A DNA stretch of 64,000 nt from Anthoceros angustus (Eukaryota; Plantae; Anthocerotophyta): contig MU008158.1 in the NCBI GenBank assembly GCA_010909165.1, positions 2,815,478 to 2,879,477 of the forward strand. Reading direction: 5' to 3'. Under the pieces are notes generated by a model, which did not search any database, was not told the DNA's origin, and saw only the letters and a program-made list of their open reading frames with translations. Position numbers and translations under genes: made by a program. Shown piece after piece: positions 1-16,726 of this stretch; the stretch's first letter is position 1, and the number at the start of each line of letters is the position of its first letter.

Positions 1-202
1 TTTCAAGAGAATTACTGTGGATTAAGACTTTGAATCAATCACTTATTTTCATTTCAAATATTTTATTATATATAGAGTTGAGCGTTTATCACATCTAGTC
101 TTCTAACGTCGCTCCACTCCGCTTCCGCTCTACGTCGTACTTATCACGACTTGACGACGATGGCCGCTGTCGCTTGTGCGATACCTGTGGACTTCAGGTC
201 TC

Positions 203-3200
203 TTACTCCGGTTGCGGCCGTGCTTGGACGATGTAGATAGTATCATCCACAATACATCCCTCAACATCTTGAGCTGCGCCGAATTTTTGTTCCAAGAAGA
301 AACCTATCGCAGCGAGGCGTTGTCCAATCAGTTTGCGATAATCCGTCTCGGTCGACAGGCGCTTCTTGCTGTAGTCGATGATCTTGGGCACGATCTTGGC
401 ATTTGCAGCGTCCCCAGGTTGCACAATCAATTCATCGCTGAAGTTGGCGAACGCCAAAGTTCTTATGCTCCCGTCGAACTTGCCACACTGAAGACGCCAA
501 GGTGTTCCTTTTTTACCCGATGCCAGAGTCTCTCCCAGGCCCACAGCTATTTCTGCTTGCACCACGTTTGCATTCCGATCTATCGGACTCACAGTGTGCA
601 GAACGAAACTCAACTCTGGCGTCAATAGCTCCTGGACTAAAACTGCCATTCTTGCTGCTCGCTGGGGAACACCAGCAACTCTTCTGCTCAGAACAGCTCG
701 TCGAGTATAGAGGGATGCCCACACCTCAGATACTGCCTTGCCAAAGGCTTCCGGTTCAGATGTTCTCACATTTGCAATGGAATCGTAGAGACCAGCCCCA
801 GACATTCCAGCCAAATCCTCCACATTTGCACTAGATCTCACTATCAGTCTAGCATCCGCCTGGAAAGCCTTCCCTATACTGTTTATAGTCGATGCAGGCA
901 ACCTCTGTGCACCAACCAGCGCCCTGAGCTCATTACATACTTTATCCAGCTCACCACCCTCCAGTTGGACGGTTTCCACTTTTTCCAATAATGATTCGAA
1001 CTCCTTTATCTTGCCGCTAGCTGACAAAGCCTCCTCCATGGCACCAAAGGGTATCACTCGACCCTCCGGCACTTTGAATGCTGCTGGAACTCCCTGATCG
1101 CTGAACACTGCCAACGCGCACGGAACCATCAACAGAAGGCAGACAGAAAACAAGAGGCAAGATCAGCGCTAGACAACTTGTAAGATTGGATACCCTTCAA
1201 AGCCTGCTCAGCTAATACAGCAAGTTGCCCACAAAACGCAGCCTTTGCACCCGCTGTCTCTGTAACAGCGTTCGACAACTCTAAGATAGTACCAGCTTTA
1301 CTGGTCACAACCTGAAAATCCATGACGCAAATTTTCAGCTTACGTGCAACGATCGCCAGCGGCATGCTAGCCCCTAAGTTCCTCCAAGTGTCAAAGAATC
1401 ATTGAAGGTGTGCTTCGCTGGTGCATACCTGACTCTCTTTCACAAGCACCTTGGTTCTGCCAGTGGCAGCTTGCAGGCCTAAGGTACTGTCCCCAGCTGC
1501 CTTTTCCTGTTGTGCATGACTCTTGGCCACGCTTGCGGGCTGAACATCTCCGCTTATTGGGCCAGTGTGGGCCGTAACACTCACACCTTCTGGTGTTGCC
1601 TCCAACCTGTACCACAAGGTCGAGAATTCACCACTAACTTGGTATCGTAAAACGCCCAGAATCGGACGTCAGAGACACTTAGTGATGGGAAGAGAGGGTT
1701 ACTTGATTGCTCGACCGGCCAAAGCATGAATATCTGCAATCCTCTCATCGTCATCACATGTTACAAACACTACCTTCTCCTGCAGGGATGCAGGAGGTTT
1801 ATAGGCTTGGATTAGGTAGCTGGCACATAAAAATAATTCACTGAACCTGTAAAGCCATCCCCAGAACAGCTGCAGACCTGTCGGGCACGGACACCCAAAT
1901 GTGATAGATGAGGAAGTTCGTGCTGGAGAATCACACCGGCCACATTACGACCCGCAGCCTTTACCTGCAGTTTCCGCAACAGTGATATGAGTTCAACAGA
2001 AGCATTGGCCAAGAATTTGAAAGTCGAACAGGCTGCTCTGAGACACACCTCCTCGTCACCGTCAGACTCTTTCACCAAAAGCACGACGGGCCCCTCGATC
2101 GATTTAGGAAGAGAGCCTGGAACAATACGCTCTACCTGTGCAAAAATCGCATTGATGTGAGCTTCTTAATACGCAGAAATGCTCCGGATTCAGTGACAGC
2201 GGTCTTTGAAGATGAGATCCAGGAAACGGAATCGAATCAAAGTACCCATGTATTACCTCAAGTAAAGTACCATACGCCACACCCGGCATGAGTGTATCCC
2301 AGCCCTCTGTGCCAGTGATAGAGCGGACAGCTTTCAGGAGCAAAGAGCACAGCTTGGAAAGCTGAAAGACTACACTGAGAAACACAAGACAACGAGATCA
2401 GGGGGTCAGATCAAAATAACATAAGAACGGCACTTTGTTCCCGAATCACTATCTTGCGACGACCTGAACGGTCATCCCAAGTAAAACGGACCTTGCACGA
2501 ATTTCAGCTTCAGCATACGTCCTGACACTGTTCTCGGGAATCCCTAACGCTTTTCCCAGTTTCTGCTCGGTTAAACGAAATCACGGTCTTTCACGGTCAG
2601 CATGCCACATTCTTCGACTTCGAACTGCTACCAGCGAAGCTTCACACTAAGACTCTGCGCACTCTCCACTCACCTCAACACGATCAGGAAAAAGCTGCAA
2701 AATGATATCGGAGTAGGCTTCTGCAAGACGTCGTGCACGATCCAGAGTCCCCTTGAGCCTCAACGCCCATATCCTTAAGCCCTCTTCCTTATCTACATAC
2801 AAAAAACCGTGCACAAAACTGAAGTGAGAAGCCCTTCCTGATTTGTCCAAAATGCACCGTCCTTGCACTCTCTTCGTGCCATTTCATACATCAGTCATAA
2901 ACTTGGATTGTTTGCTGCTCACCTCCAGTCTGGGGAACACCAGCAGCTTGCCAAGTCATGAGCTCGTTCTCAATGGCAAGGCATTCTCCCTGCTGGAATC
3001 CCGACAAGCCGAGCTGACGGACACCGAGAACCGCTGCACCTAAAGGGTGGTTCCATACTCCAATGTTTGCAGCCCATCCTTCTTTTGCAAGCCACTTCGG
3101 ACCTCCAGCAGCATCCAACGTATTTATGAACCTGCGCAAACACAGGTATTGGACTAGGGCAACACTCTTAAGCAATGGATGACAAGACATGTCACCAACC

Positions 3201-5674
3201 TGCTTAGTAGCACAAAAGAGTAGTCTTCCATCCCGATCTCAGACAGTCGCCACTGTAGAGTAAGAGTACGACGGATGAACCTCCAAATTCCCAAAAAGGA
3301 AGGAATCAAAACAATCATACCGGAAATGCAGGTCGACACACCTTTTGACGCATAGCAATAGCATCATCCGGGGCATCATTCCGGAGTCCGCTCTCCAAAC
3401 CCTTCAGAAGCCCAGCTCTTAAACCTGTGAGTGCGTGCAGGGTTCCAATCAATGCGTCTGTTCCTTTCACAGCACTCCCATTTGTCACAGCCTGGCCCAG
3501 GTCATCCAGTTTCTGCAATGAACGGCATACCCTGTCAGACAGAGGAGGACACCAAATAATGGATAGGAAGCTGATGGGAAAGAAGGAAAAGGACGTTGTG
3601 CTGCTCGAACCGTGCACCCTACCTTCTTCTGACTCAGGAAATTGCCGAGCGCTGAGGCCTGCTTCTCATCCAGAGATGGACGAACACCCTCCAATTGCTC
3701 GGTCAAGCTGCACGAATCAAGATCTTCAGCTGGTGCACAAGACAACTCCAAAACATAGATGCAGCTAGGGGCACTTAAATGTTGCAGAGTGACATAAAAT
3801 GGGAAGGAACTCACTTTCCTGCATTGAAGAAATCCTTCAACTCGCTGTAAAAAATCTTCAGCTGCTCAAGAAAGGCTTCGCTATACTCTCCAGAGTTCTT
3901 GGTGACTCGGGCTAACAGTGCCTCTGTTGCCACTAGGTCTTCCGGACCAGCATTTCGATGAAGCTTGTTTTGGATGGTGTGCTTGATTTCTTGCTACAAC
4001 CAACAGAACGAACGGTGTGGGTTTCGTGAACATAGCATGACGAGAACGTTGACTTGAGCTGACACAAAATTCCACAAATAATACCTTGAGATCATGGGGA
4101 ATGTCATTCCTGTGAGCGATGTCCCTTATTCGAGTCAAGGGGACTGCCGCTGTAAACTCGGCTTTAAAAGCTGGCAAGTTAGGGTGGATCTTCCTCATGA
4201 CAACCACGTCCTGCACAGCAGGAACACACATCTGAACAACCAGATCACGGCGAAAGGTCAACATCGGCAGAATCGGCTCCAAGTGAGAGAACTTGCCTTG
4301 GAGGAGACCTTCTTGTCAGTGGCAAGTCTCTCCAACTCCGTGAAGATGAGACGAGATATCTCTGCATGTTTGTTCGGACGGTGATGACTGCCATCTTCAT
4401 AGCATTGAACTTGACCAGTATTGATCCACTGACCTTACCATTATGCAGAAAAGCAACCAGTCAAAAAAATGTGCCACATTGTCACAGAGGCATGTAAAAA
4501 TAAGAGTGCCAACCATCAGAAAAGGCTGACGCAGTACATTCATGCGATGAGACTTCTCTACCTTCAGGTAAGCTGCAGAGTAAACGAGGGCGTCCAAACG
4601 CTCTGCTTCCCCTAAGTCGCTGGTAACGAGTTCCCGCACCACCTCCAACTGCAGACACGGTTCACCAGAACAACCATCAGCCAGAACGCATGCCATGCCG
4701 CTCGAGCGAGCAACATAATTCACCAAAACTGCACACTCTAACACGAGTTGTGGCAAGCCAAAAGGTACCTTCCGCCACCAGTTGCTGGCAGAACGGTCTC
4801 CCTCCACAATCTTGAGAGCAGCGCCCTGCAGCCCCGACAGATCCCACTTCCCGGACCGCTGGCTGGAGTGCTCGTTGGACCGCATGAAAGAGATGTCCCT
4901 GCCTTGCCAACCTTGCACAAAAGACGTGGACTCCGTCTCACCGGAAGAGAGACTACCTTCCATGCTCTCCGGCTGGGGCAGATCAGCGTGGGGACCGGAT
5001 GTGCCATTCTCAGATGCCACACCCCCCTGCCCCGGGCTGGTCAGGGAGACAAAATCCACCTGCTCCTGAGTCCGGTCCCAGTGCGACACGACCTCGAACC
5101 CCGCCACCTCACCGGGAAGCTGCAAAGCCCGGTTAGGCCCGCCCTCCCAAACAACGTGCCCGTCCGCGGTCACAAGCACGTACTTGAACTCCACAGCCTC
5201 CCCCGCATTCGCCTGGATGTCCGCCACCCAACCCTCCGGCGTCCACACCATGGGGACGCGGTTTTGCCAGGAGCCAGTCCAGTCAGCTGAGCCGATGATG
5301 GCATGGTGCTCCCCGAATTGCACCTGGTGCTCCAGCCGCAGCCGGAGCCTCACTTTCTGGTCTTGGCAGCGCGTGACCACGGCGGACGCCCTGGGGGAGG
5401 CGGCAGCCGAGTGAGACACAACAAAAAAGAGATCAGACAAGCACACGGTGAGCAAGGCTGGGAAATACCTAGCGTGCATCCTCACGGCGGGCCGCGAGCT
5501 GACGAATCTGGCCTGGCCGAGGCCGGCGCGGGCCGGGGCGGAGGCGGAGGCGGAGGCGCGGCGGCCGGAGTGGCAGGCGGAGTCGACATCGTCGCGGCTC
5601 GCGATCCCGGCCCCGCGCACAGTGCGAGAAACCGCGAGCATTGCGTCCGAGGAGAGCAAGCAATGCAGCACCAT
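203..5674 (-). CDS. PWD: Phosphoglucan, water dikinase (PWD/GWD3), chloroplastic; multi-exon
   Basis: N-terminal CBM20 ([18 protein letters not shown]...VEFKYVLV...WEGGPNRAL), phosphohistidine motif [15 protein letters not shown], and C-terminal PPDK-type nucleotide-binding domain ([22 protein letters not shown]...[21 protein letters not shown]). Many short GT-AG introns. First in-frame ATG is at 5674; the ORF-track start at 5893 is GTG. Confidence 0.93.
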
Positions 5675-6047
5675 CGCCGAATTGGCGTGAGATGAGAAGG
5701 GAAGACCGCAGCCTGGGCGCTCCGCTGTGTCCCGTCTGGGCGTCTCTCCAAATGTTAGCTGCTGTGGGCGAGCGCGCTTACTTGGCTGCCGCCCTTCCCA
5801 CACACGGACCCGGTCCCGCTCTAGCCCTGCCGAACACGTGGCCAGTGACAGAAACTCGAGTCGAACGCCGCCACCTGTCGCACATACTGCCACGCGGGGC
5901 AGTTACCCGCCCTTCAAACATCGCCTCGGGATTGGATCATTCTCTCCGCTCTCCTTATTATGTACGGTCACCACGGGCCAAAAGTAATCGGGGATGGGTA
6001 ACACCCAATCATCGTACTAATCCCACAGGAGTTGCTTTTGACCATCA

Positions 6048-6080
6048 ATGCGTGTCCATTTGGCCGTAAGCCATTTGGAC
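6048..6080 (-). repeat. Inverted fragment of the hairpin end of the ~220-bp repeat module (see 40959 and 42929)
   Basis: gtgtccatttggccgtaagccatttggac is the reverse complement of gtccaaatggcttaggccaaatggacac at 42928, with one inserted base. Confidence 0.8.
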
Positions 6081-6081
6081 C

Positions 6082-6172
6082 CTATGGGCTAAGGGCTAAG
6101 GGCTATGGGCTATGGGCTATGGGCTATGGGCTATGGGCTATGGGCTATGGGCTATGGGCTATGGGCTATGGG
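6082..6172 (+). repeat. 7-bp tandem array (CTATGGG/CTAAGGG) x13
   Basis: Counted directly: 11 CTATGGG and 2 CTAAGGG units. Confidence 0.95.
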
Positions 6173-6330
6173 ATTAGTATCGGGATGGGATGCCTAGAGC
6201 GAGTGGATGCCATTGCCATTGTTGCTAGTAGCTTAGGCATACCATGCTATAAGTTGTGAAGTACCTAGTCTCATTATTGGAAAATTTCTATCCCAGTGGA
6301 CTATAATAGACTTCATCATCTTCTTCTTAT
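6171..6330 (+). repeat. Diverged partial copy of the ~220-bp repeat module
   Basis: agtagcttaggcataccatgctataagttgtgaagtacctagtctcat...agtggactataatagacttcatcatcttcttcttat aligns with agtagcttaggcataccatgatacaagttgttaagtaccaagtcccat...agtggacttaaataaaattcttcttcttcttctat at 41095-41193. Confidence 0.8.
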
Positions 6331-6342
6331 ATGAGGGAGTTT

Positions 6343-6522
6343 GAGCGAATTCTTGGTACAATGTCACTCCAGGGATGACATTGAAAACTAGTTAGCTTGC
6401 AGGCGAGCTCTTGTTACAACGTCACTTCTTAAAGAATGACATTGAAAACTAGTTATCTTGCTGGCGAGCTCTTGTTACAACGTCACTTCTTAAAGGATGA
6501 CATTGAAAACTAGTTAGTTTGC
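6343..6522. repeat. ~61-bp tandem repeat x3
   Basis: The unit gagctcttgttacaacgtcacttcttaaagaatgacattgaaaactagttatcttgctggc occurs three times with small changes. It contains an internal inverted repeat (gtca...tgac) and the palindrome aactagtt. Confidence 0.9.
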
Positions 6523-7168
6523 ACGTTAGAAATAACTGGGGTTTCTTTTAGTGAATTTAGAGACTTTATAGATATTTTAAAACATACATCCAAGTCCTAC
6601 ACTAGGATTTTGATATGGATTAGTCTTATAGGTCACGAACAATTGCTAGCCTCAGTCCCGTAGGGCACTAACAATTGGTGGCCCCCCACACTTGTCATGA
6701 AGTCCTTGATATTATGGATTTTCAAAATAACCTTGTACATATAATCTAGTAATTCCTTCAAAATAGGAAAGCCCCACACGAGGTGGGTCCCCCCTATTTA
6801 GGCTGTACCAGTTTTCCAAGGCTTAGGGTATGAATCCTAGGTTATAGATTAATTTAGACTCAAGGTAAACCTTAGGTTGAGGGTAAAAAGAAATCATCTT
6901 ATATCAACTTATACTAATCTAGTCCTTAAAAATATATGTACCTATATATAGGTATACATATTACTACCTACATAAAATATCCATGAATTATTTTTATATA
7001 TTCTTATACCTAGTACCATATTTAATAAGTATGTAAGCTAGATTAATTTAATTATCCTGATTTTATAAGAAAACCTACCTTCTTTAGATCATCAGAACTG
7101 CGGTTTCATCTTATTTATGTCATAGATTTATTTAGTGAGTCAGGTGTGCACCATAGTCATGTCCAAAA

Positions 7169-10100
7169 ATGGACATTGATTTGCAATGGTTTTGGAAAGA
7201 GAACCAAGACGGAAGTGAACAAGGAGCATGGCCAAAAGATATTATCAAATTGATGGCTTACATCGTTCTTGAAGGAAGAGAAGTATTGTGTTATAAAGAA
7301 TTGTTTTCAGACTTCGTAGATAGGATAGTAGCCTTAGGACCCTTTCTCCAAACTCTTCAAGAGGTCTTGGAAAAGAGACTATGCTTAAATGTCACTTCAA
7401 TCCAATATGAGCAAATAGAACATGAAGCATTTAAATCACAAGACAACCAAGGATCATATACGCATGGAAAACAACTCAAGATTGAAGATGCTAACACTAA
7501 AGATTGTATGAGTAATCCAGATGATATGATCAACACTAATATTACTGTTTCCTTTGAAAATTGTGCTCAAGAAGGAAGTTTAGATGCTTTAGTGACTATG
7601 CTACGACAAGTAGTAGGACTTATTCACCTTTGTAAAAGTCCTCAACTTCTCACATATGTGCTTTTCGAAAATGAAGAAATTGTTCAGAGACTAGCTTCTA
7701 TAAGATTTCGTATAGGTGATATAGTAGAAACCCTTCTCCAAAGAATCATTAGTAAAGGTGATATAGTGTTTCGAGAGGCTATTAGTGGTATCCTTGATAC
7801 CACAATTGTTGCATACCAAAGTTTGCAAAGCAAATCTTTTCTAGTTGACGAAGACGACAAAGAGATGATGGACGGTATATGTACTTTGATAGAAAGGTAT
7901 AAACCAGGTAGTCTTCCAGATATTCTCTCCAAAGACTTAAATCAACAAGTTGATGGAATTTTTGAGAGCTTAATCTTGGATAGTTCGTCTCCAAGAAATA
8001 TTGTATTTGATCAGTCAAACATGGATTTTCAAAAATTGTGCAAAGCCATTATGTCAACAGGGTCTTGTTTACTCGACATAGAACAATCGAAAATATCAGA
8101 AACAAATCCGCTCAATTCTGCAAAGATGGATAGAAGGAAAAGTGCCACAAGTGTCATATGGACAAGGCCACAAACCAATGTAGAGAAACTCTCACCACAT
8201 AGCCCTCGTGTATTATTAGAAGTTGATTCTCCTACAATACTTTGTGGAGGTTTTATTGAAAAACCTCTTCAAGAATTACCAGTAAAAGGTAAGTTGTCTA
8301 AAGTATTATCTACTTACATACATAAGTAAAAGTGTCTTGAAATGTCAAAAACCAATGATAAGCTTGAGTTCTCATAAAAATCATTTCTCTTCAGAAATTA
8401 ATCAAGCTCCAACTTTGGAAAAAGAAAATGCTTCAAGTAGTAAGAGAAATTCTTATATCCCTAGAAGTCGGAGATTAAGCAGTAAATCATTTGGTAGAGG
8501 TGATGATGAACCTCCTTGGGAATTTTTATGTCCTATAAGCAGAGAGCTTATGAGTGATCCGGTAATAGTTGCAACGGGTCAAACATATGAGCGAAATCCA
8601 ATTCGAAAGTGGATTGGAGAGGGTCATCGTAGTTGCCCTGTGACAGGTAGCTTCAGTTGCAAACCTTTGTCATTTAACATATAGGAAACTTTTAATTAAA
8701 AAATTAAGTATTCATAACAATCTGATTTTTTTGCGAAATATGTGGCAGGGCTTGCACTAAATAACATAGACTTATTGCCTAATTATGCACTCCGCCATGC
8801 GATTGAAAGATGGGCTTCTACCCACGGGATTACCTTGGCTAAGCCAGAAATTGTTCCAGCACCACGTTCTACGGGAACAACTTATATAAATCCAGAATGG
8901 AGTAATAGATTGCCTGACTCTGATACAATTGTAATGATTGCCGTTAAAAAATTGTATTGCGGAAACCTTGAAGAGCAGGTACGTAGCAACGTAAGCTTTT
9001 AATTTTTTTTCCATCATATATATATGCACACGGGAATTATTATTTCATCTTCATTTTTTCTTGTAGGAAACAGCATTAGCTCAACTTTGTACCATAACAA
9101 GCGAAGGTGGGGAGGAAGGACGGTACAAAACGGCTGAAGCAGGAGCCGTACCTCCTTTAGTATACCAATTGCATATCGGCAACATGAAGGCGAAAGAATT
9201 GGCAGCTAGATGTATACGATTCTTATGTCGCAGTAGTAATCCTATGATTACACAAGCTGCTGCTAGTGCTATTCCATTTTTGGTTAAACTTCTCCAAGAG
9301 GTAGGATACCAATCGCTTATATGAAATGTACATATAGTTTTGTCTCTACTACGTGATGTATGTCAAACAAACATTCTTCCATAGCATATCAAAGATGCTT
9401 TTTTAAATCTTTAAATGAGTCATGCAGGGTTCAATGGAAGCTGGAGAAGCTGCAGCTGGAGCTCTTGTAAATTTATCAGCCAAGACTGATGTGAATAAGG
9501 TTGCAATTGTAGCAGCAGGAGCCATTCCATGTTTAGTTAAGATGCTAGAGACGAACAATGGATATGTTGCAGCTCAAGAGGTGGCAGCAGCTGCGTTGTG
9601 CAACCTATCCATTAATAATGATAGTAGAATACAAATTGCAACAGAAGGAGCTATTCCTCTTCTAGTACAGGTAAGAATGTGCAACAAGTCTATACATTGA
9701 TAAAAGATACATGTATAATAGAGTATGATTTAACTTGCTAACTAGCAAACATATGCCTCAGGACGTGCTCTAGATAGCGTATCTCATGGATCTACATCAC
9801 GTCGACATACCTATTTGCTTAGGAAGTAATTTTAAATCCTTGCAAGCTTGATGGCTTGTTGAAATCTCGCAAAAGTATAACTTTTTTCACGATAATGGTT
9901 TTTATTTCAGCTATGCTGCAATATTTTAATGGAATTTTTGTTTCAGCTTTTCTCATTTACAATTTATCATTCCATGACTTTTTAGGTTGTTAAAAACTGT
10001 CCAACAAAAGAAGCCGGTGAATATGCTGCACACGCTCTTGGAAGTTTGGCTTGTGACAACGAGGAAAACGCTCTTATCATGGTTGAGGTACCATGAGTAT

Positions 10101-10834
10101 TTTAAGCTATATAATTATTTTATATTTATTGAGAGCAAAGCATTGGACTATGGATATATAATGTTGGAAAATAAAGGTTTAAAATAAAAACTGTAAAGTA
10201 ATGTGTGTAGGTGGGAGCGATTCCAGTTATAGTGGCTTTTGCAGGTTCTGGAACACCATGGGCTCAAGATGCTGCCACACGAGCTTTGCGGAACCTATCT
10301 TTTATTCCATCAATCAGGAAAACGCTTCGTGAAGAAGGTGCCATACAACAATTGGGTGCCTTAGTAGATTCAGGCACCCCTAGGTCAGCAGAAGCTGCTG
10401 TTACAGCATTATGGAATTTGTCTCTAGATGCTCAACTTGCTCAAATTCCTCTTCCTTCAACATCATCACATCTTTTGATTTCTCCTTCAGCTGAGTCAAT
10501 GTCCCCTCATCAACTTTTTCCAGAAGATATTGTAGAACCCAACTATGTATCAATAAATTCCTCTCAAGTCTTGCAAGTACCTCATGTAGAGTCTATAGAA
10601 CCATTACCTTTACCTATTATAGATTCCATTTCTATAGAGTCAATACCTGTACCAATTGCAGATTCCATCCCTTTAGAGTCAATAGCTCTACCAATTGTAG
10701 ATTCCATATCTATAGAACCAATACCTTTACCAATTACAGATTTTATGCCCTTAGGACGAATACCTCTACCAATTACAGATTCTATGTCAATTGAAGTTGT
10801 ACAATCAATACCTGGTGAGTCAGGGCTAACATAA
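7169..10834 (+). CDS. U-box/ARM-repeat E3 ubiquitin ligase (PUB family) with N-terminal UND-like helical domain; multi-exon, AT-rich
   Basis: U-box [46 protein letters not shown]...[14 protein letters not shown]; ARM repeats (AAGALVNLS...[18 protein letters not shown]...[28 protein letters not shown]); canonical splice sites, e.g. donor at 8289. Confidence 0.88.
10590..10795 (+). repeat. 39-bp coding minisatellite (13-aa unit x5) in the PUB C-terminus
   Basis: [13 protein letters not shown] / [13 protein letters not shown] / [13 protein letters not shown] / [13 protein letters not shown] / [13 protein letters not shown]. Confidence 0.85.
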
Positions 10835-11319
10835 TCATATAAGTTCCGTAAACCATAGTAATCAAAGGTCAATGGTTGTACAATCAAATACCTGGTGAGT
10901 CGGGGCTAATATAGATATCTAAATCATATAATTTCCAAAGAAGAAATTGTAAACGATACTACTTAAAGGTCAATGTCATGGCGAGTGAGCCTTCTTCTTT
11001 TGTTCCTAAATTTTTTGAAGTTTATCCGTCGAGTTTTGTTCCGTGACATCACATAAGCAGTGACCATGATGGTCTTTACTTACTTACTTTAAATTGGGTA
11101 CTCTCACGCGTGTGAACTCGCACAAGAGAGTCCAGCATGCCCAACCATGGACGACATCAAGTACATAGCCCTCAAGGGCAAGGAACGTGGAGAATTTATA
11201 AATACGCGGAGATGAGAAGTCCCATCTACAATGAGGCAAAGAGAACAACCCCGTAGTGGGCCTAGACCAAGGTGGACTAGCTCCCCAAGAAATAGCTAGT
11301 CTACAGTAAGTTTTACTCA

Positions 11320-12280
11320 CCAACTACAAGTGTTTTGGCCGGTACTAAATGAAATGTTATACTTACCAACCACAAGATTGGCCGGTACTAGATGAAATGT
11401 TATACTTACCAATCACAAGATTTTTCGTCAATAGTACATGAGATATTATATTATTAGACGTTATCATGTTTATGGAAACTTTTGTACAACATGTTAAGGA
11501 ATATTAGAACCAACACATAATAACTATAATCGCTTTTATAAATCATTCCTTGATAAATCATTATGAAATACATAAAGAATATCAAGGCAGAAAACACTTT
11601 TTCTTACAGATTTATGAGAACAATTTGTTTTAATAGTCAGAGATCTAATCATCCCTTCTACTAGGAAAAATGACTTACCATGAAGTGAAGAACTAATAAT
11701 GTTCCAAGATCAAAATACTAAAGATCTTCATTTTTCATTGTTATGAAATTATAACTAAAAAGTCACAAAAACTATCTGAATAGGTAATGTCAAGGTTGCA
11801 TAACTAAAAAGTCACAAAAACTGTCTAATTAGGTAGTGTCAAGATTGCCTATGATGCCTAGCTTATAAGGACCTACATAGTGTCTAGATTGCCAATGAAC
11901 CATCACCTGCGCTTGTCATTATCGTAAAATAGCTATGTGAAAGGTCTATGGAGAGATGGATACTCGAAAGAAGGTTAGATGGCTACTCGGAAGAAGGTCG
12001 AGCTGAGTGTTGAATCGTGGTGATAAGGTCTTCTTCAGCGTAAATTGACATGTCCGTGTTAAATTAGCTTGTCCTGTTAAATTGGCATGTCCCGGGTCTA
12101 TTAAATTGGCATGTCCCTGCGGGACAGACCACTTTTGGGCTTAATTGGCATGTCCTTACTCGAGACTGTCCACTCTTGGGCTTTACCAGTATGAGTGAGA
12201 CAGACCACTTTTGGGCTTTTCAAACAGGAGTCTGTAAGCAGGTGTAATCAACAGGAGTCTGTAAGCAGGTGTAATCAACA
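11320..12280. repeat. Cluster of short local duplications and reiterated TAAATTGGCATGTCC-like motifs (probable transposon subterminal region)
   Basis: ~42-bp duplication at 11335-11420, 49-bp duplication at 11751-11848, five aattggcatgtcc-like motifs at 12040-12155, 27-bp duplication at 12223-12281. Confidence 0.7.
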
Positions 12281-13010
12281 GCAGATGGTTGATAACCACC
12301 CGCATGAAGTTTGGAGCAACTGCACATATTTTCTTTTAAAATTTCTCTCATACAGAGCCATAAAACCGATGCATGCAGATGTGTTGTAATTCCATCTCTC
12401 ATCCAACTATGTCAACTCCCAAGCTATCCATGGTAGATGGGGTAAATCCTCATCTTCTTATTCTGTATTCAAAGGAGAGCTACAAACATTATTCTAATGA
12501 TTCTCGGTTTATCACTAAATGTCCAATCCGACAGGTGCCGCTAGGTGATAAAAAGTTAATAGGTACTTGACTAAGCATCTGACCGGGTCCTTTCAGGGAT
12601 TCAAACTGCAGCATGGGTCAGTAGGGGACAACATGGCGAGTAGGTTAGGCTCACATTCCCAACGGCAGGACAATGAGCTTAGATAGCTTGGGTCAATAGG
12701 GTACAGATCTCTTCACCTTCTACAATAGCCTAGGCCGCCAGCTTGGTTTAAAGGTAGGAATACCCGGCACGAGAAGAGAGCTTCCGCACCCACAAGTGGG
12801 AAAACATTAGAGCACCAGGAAGCACAATACCTGAAGCCTGCAAGATAGTGGGAGGCTGTGACCGGCAGAGAAGCCTTATTGTGAAAGCGGACAACTAGAC
12901 CGAGAACGCGAAAACTCTTGTAGCATCCTGCAGGGAGATGCAGCCACATCGCGACAGCAAACATTCCATTGCTGGACGTCAACTGTATTCAACATGCTCT
13001 CGGGAAAATG

Positions 13011-16726
<3,716 letters not shown>

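Noticed and set aside
6082-6172. True interstitial telomere
   Set aside because: The unit is CTATGGG, not TTTAGGG, and the adjacent module sequence could have seeded it by slippage. Kept only as a telomere-like finding.
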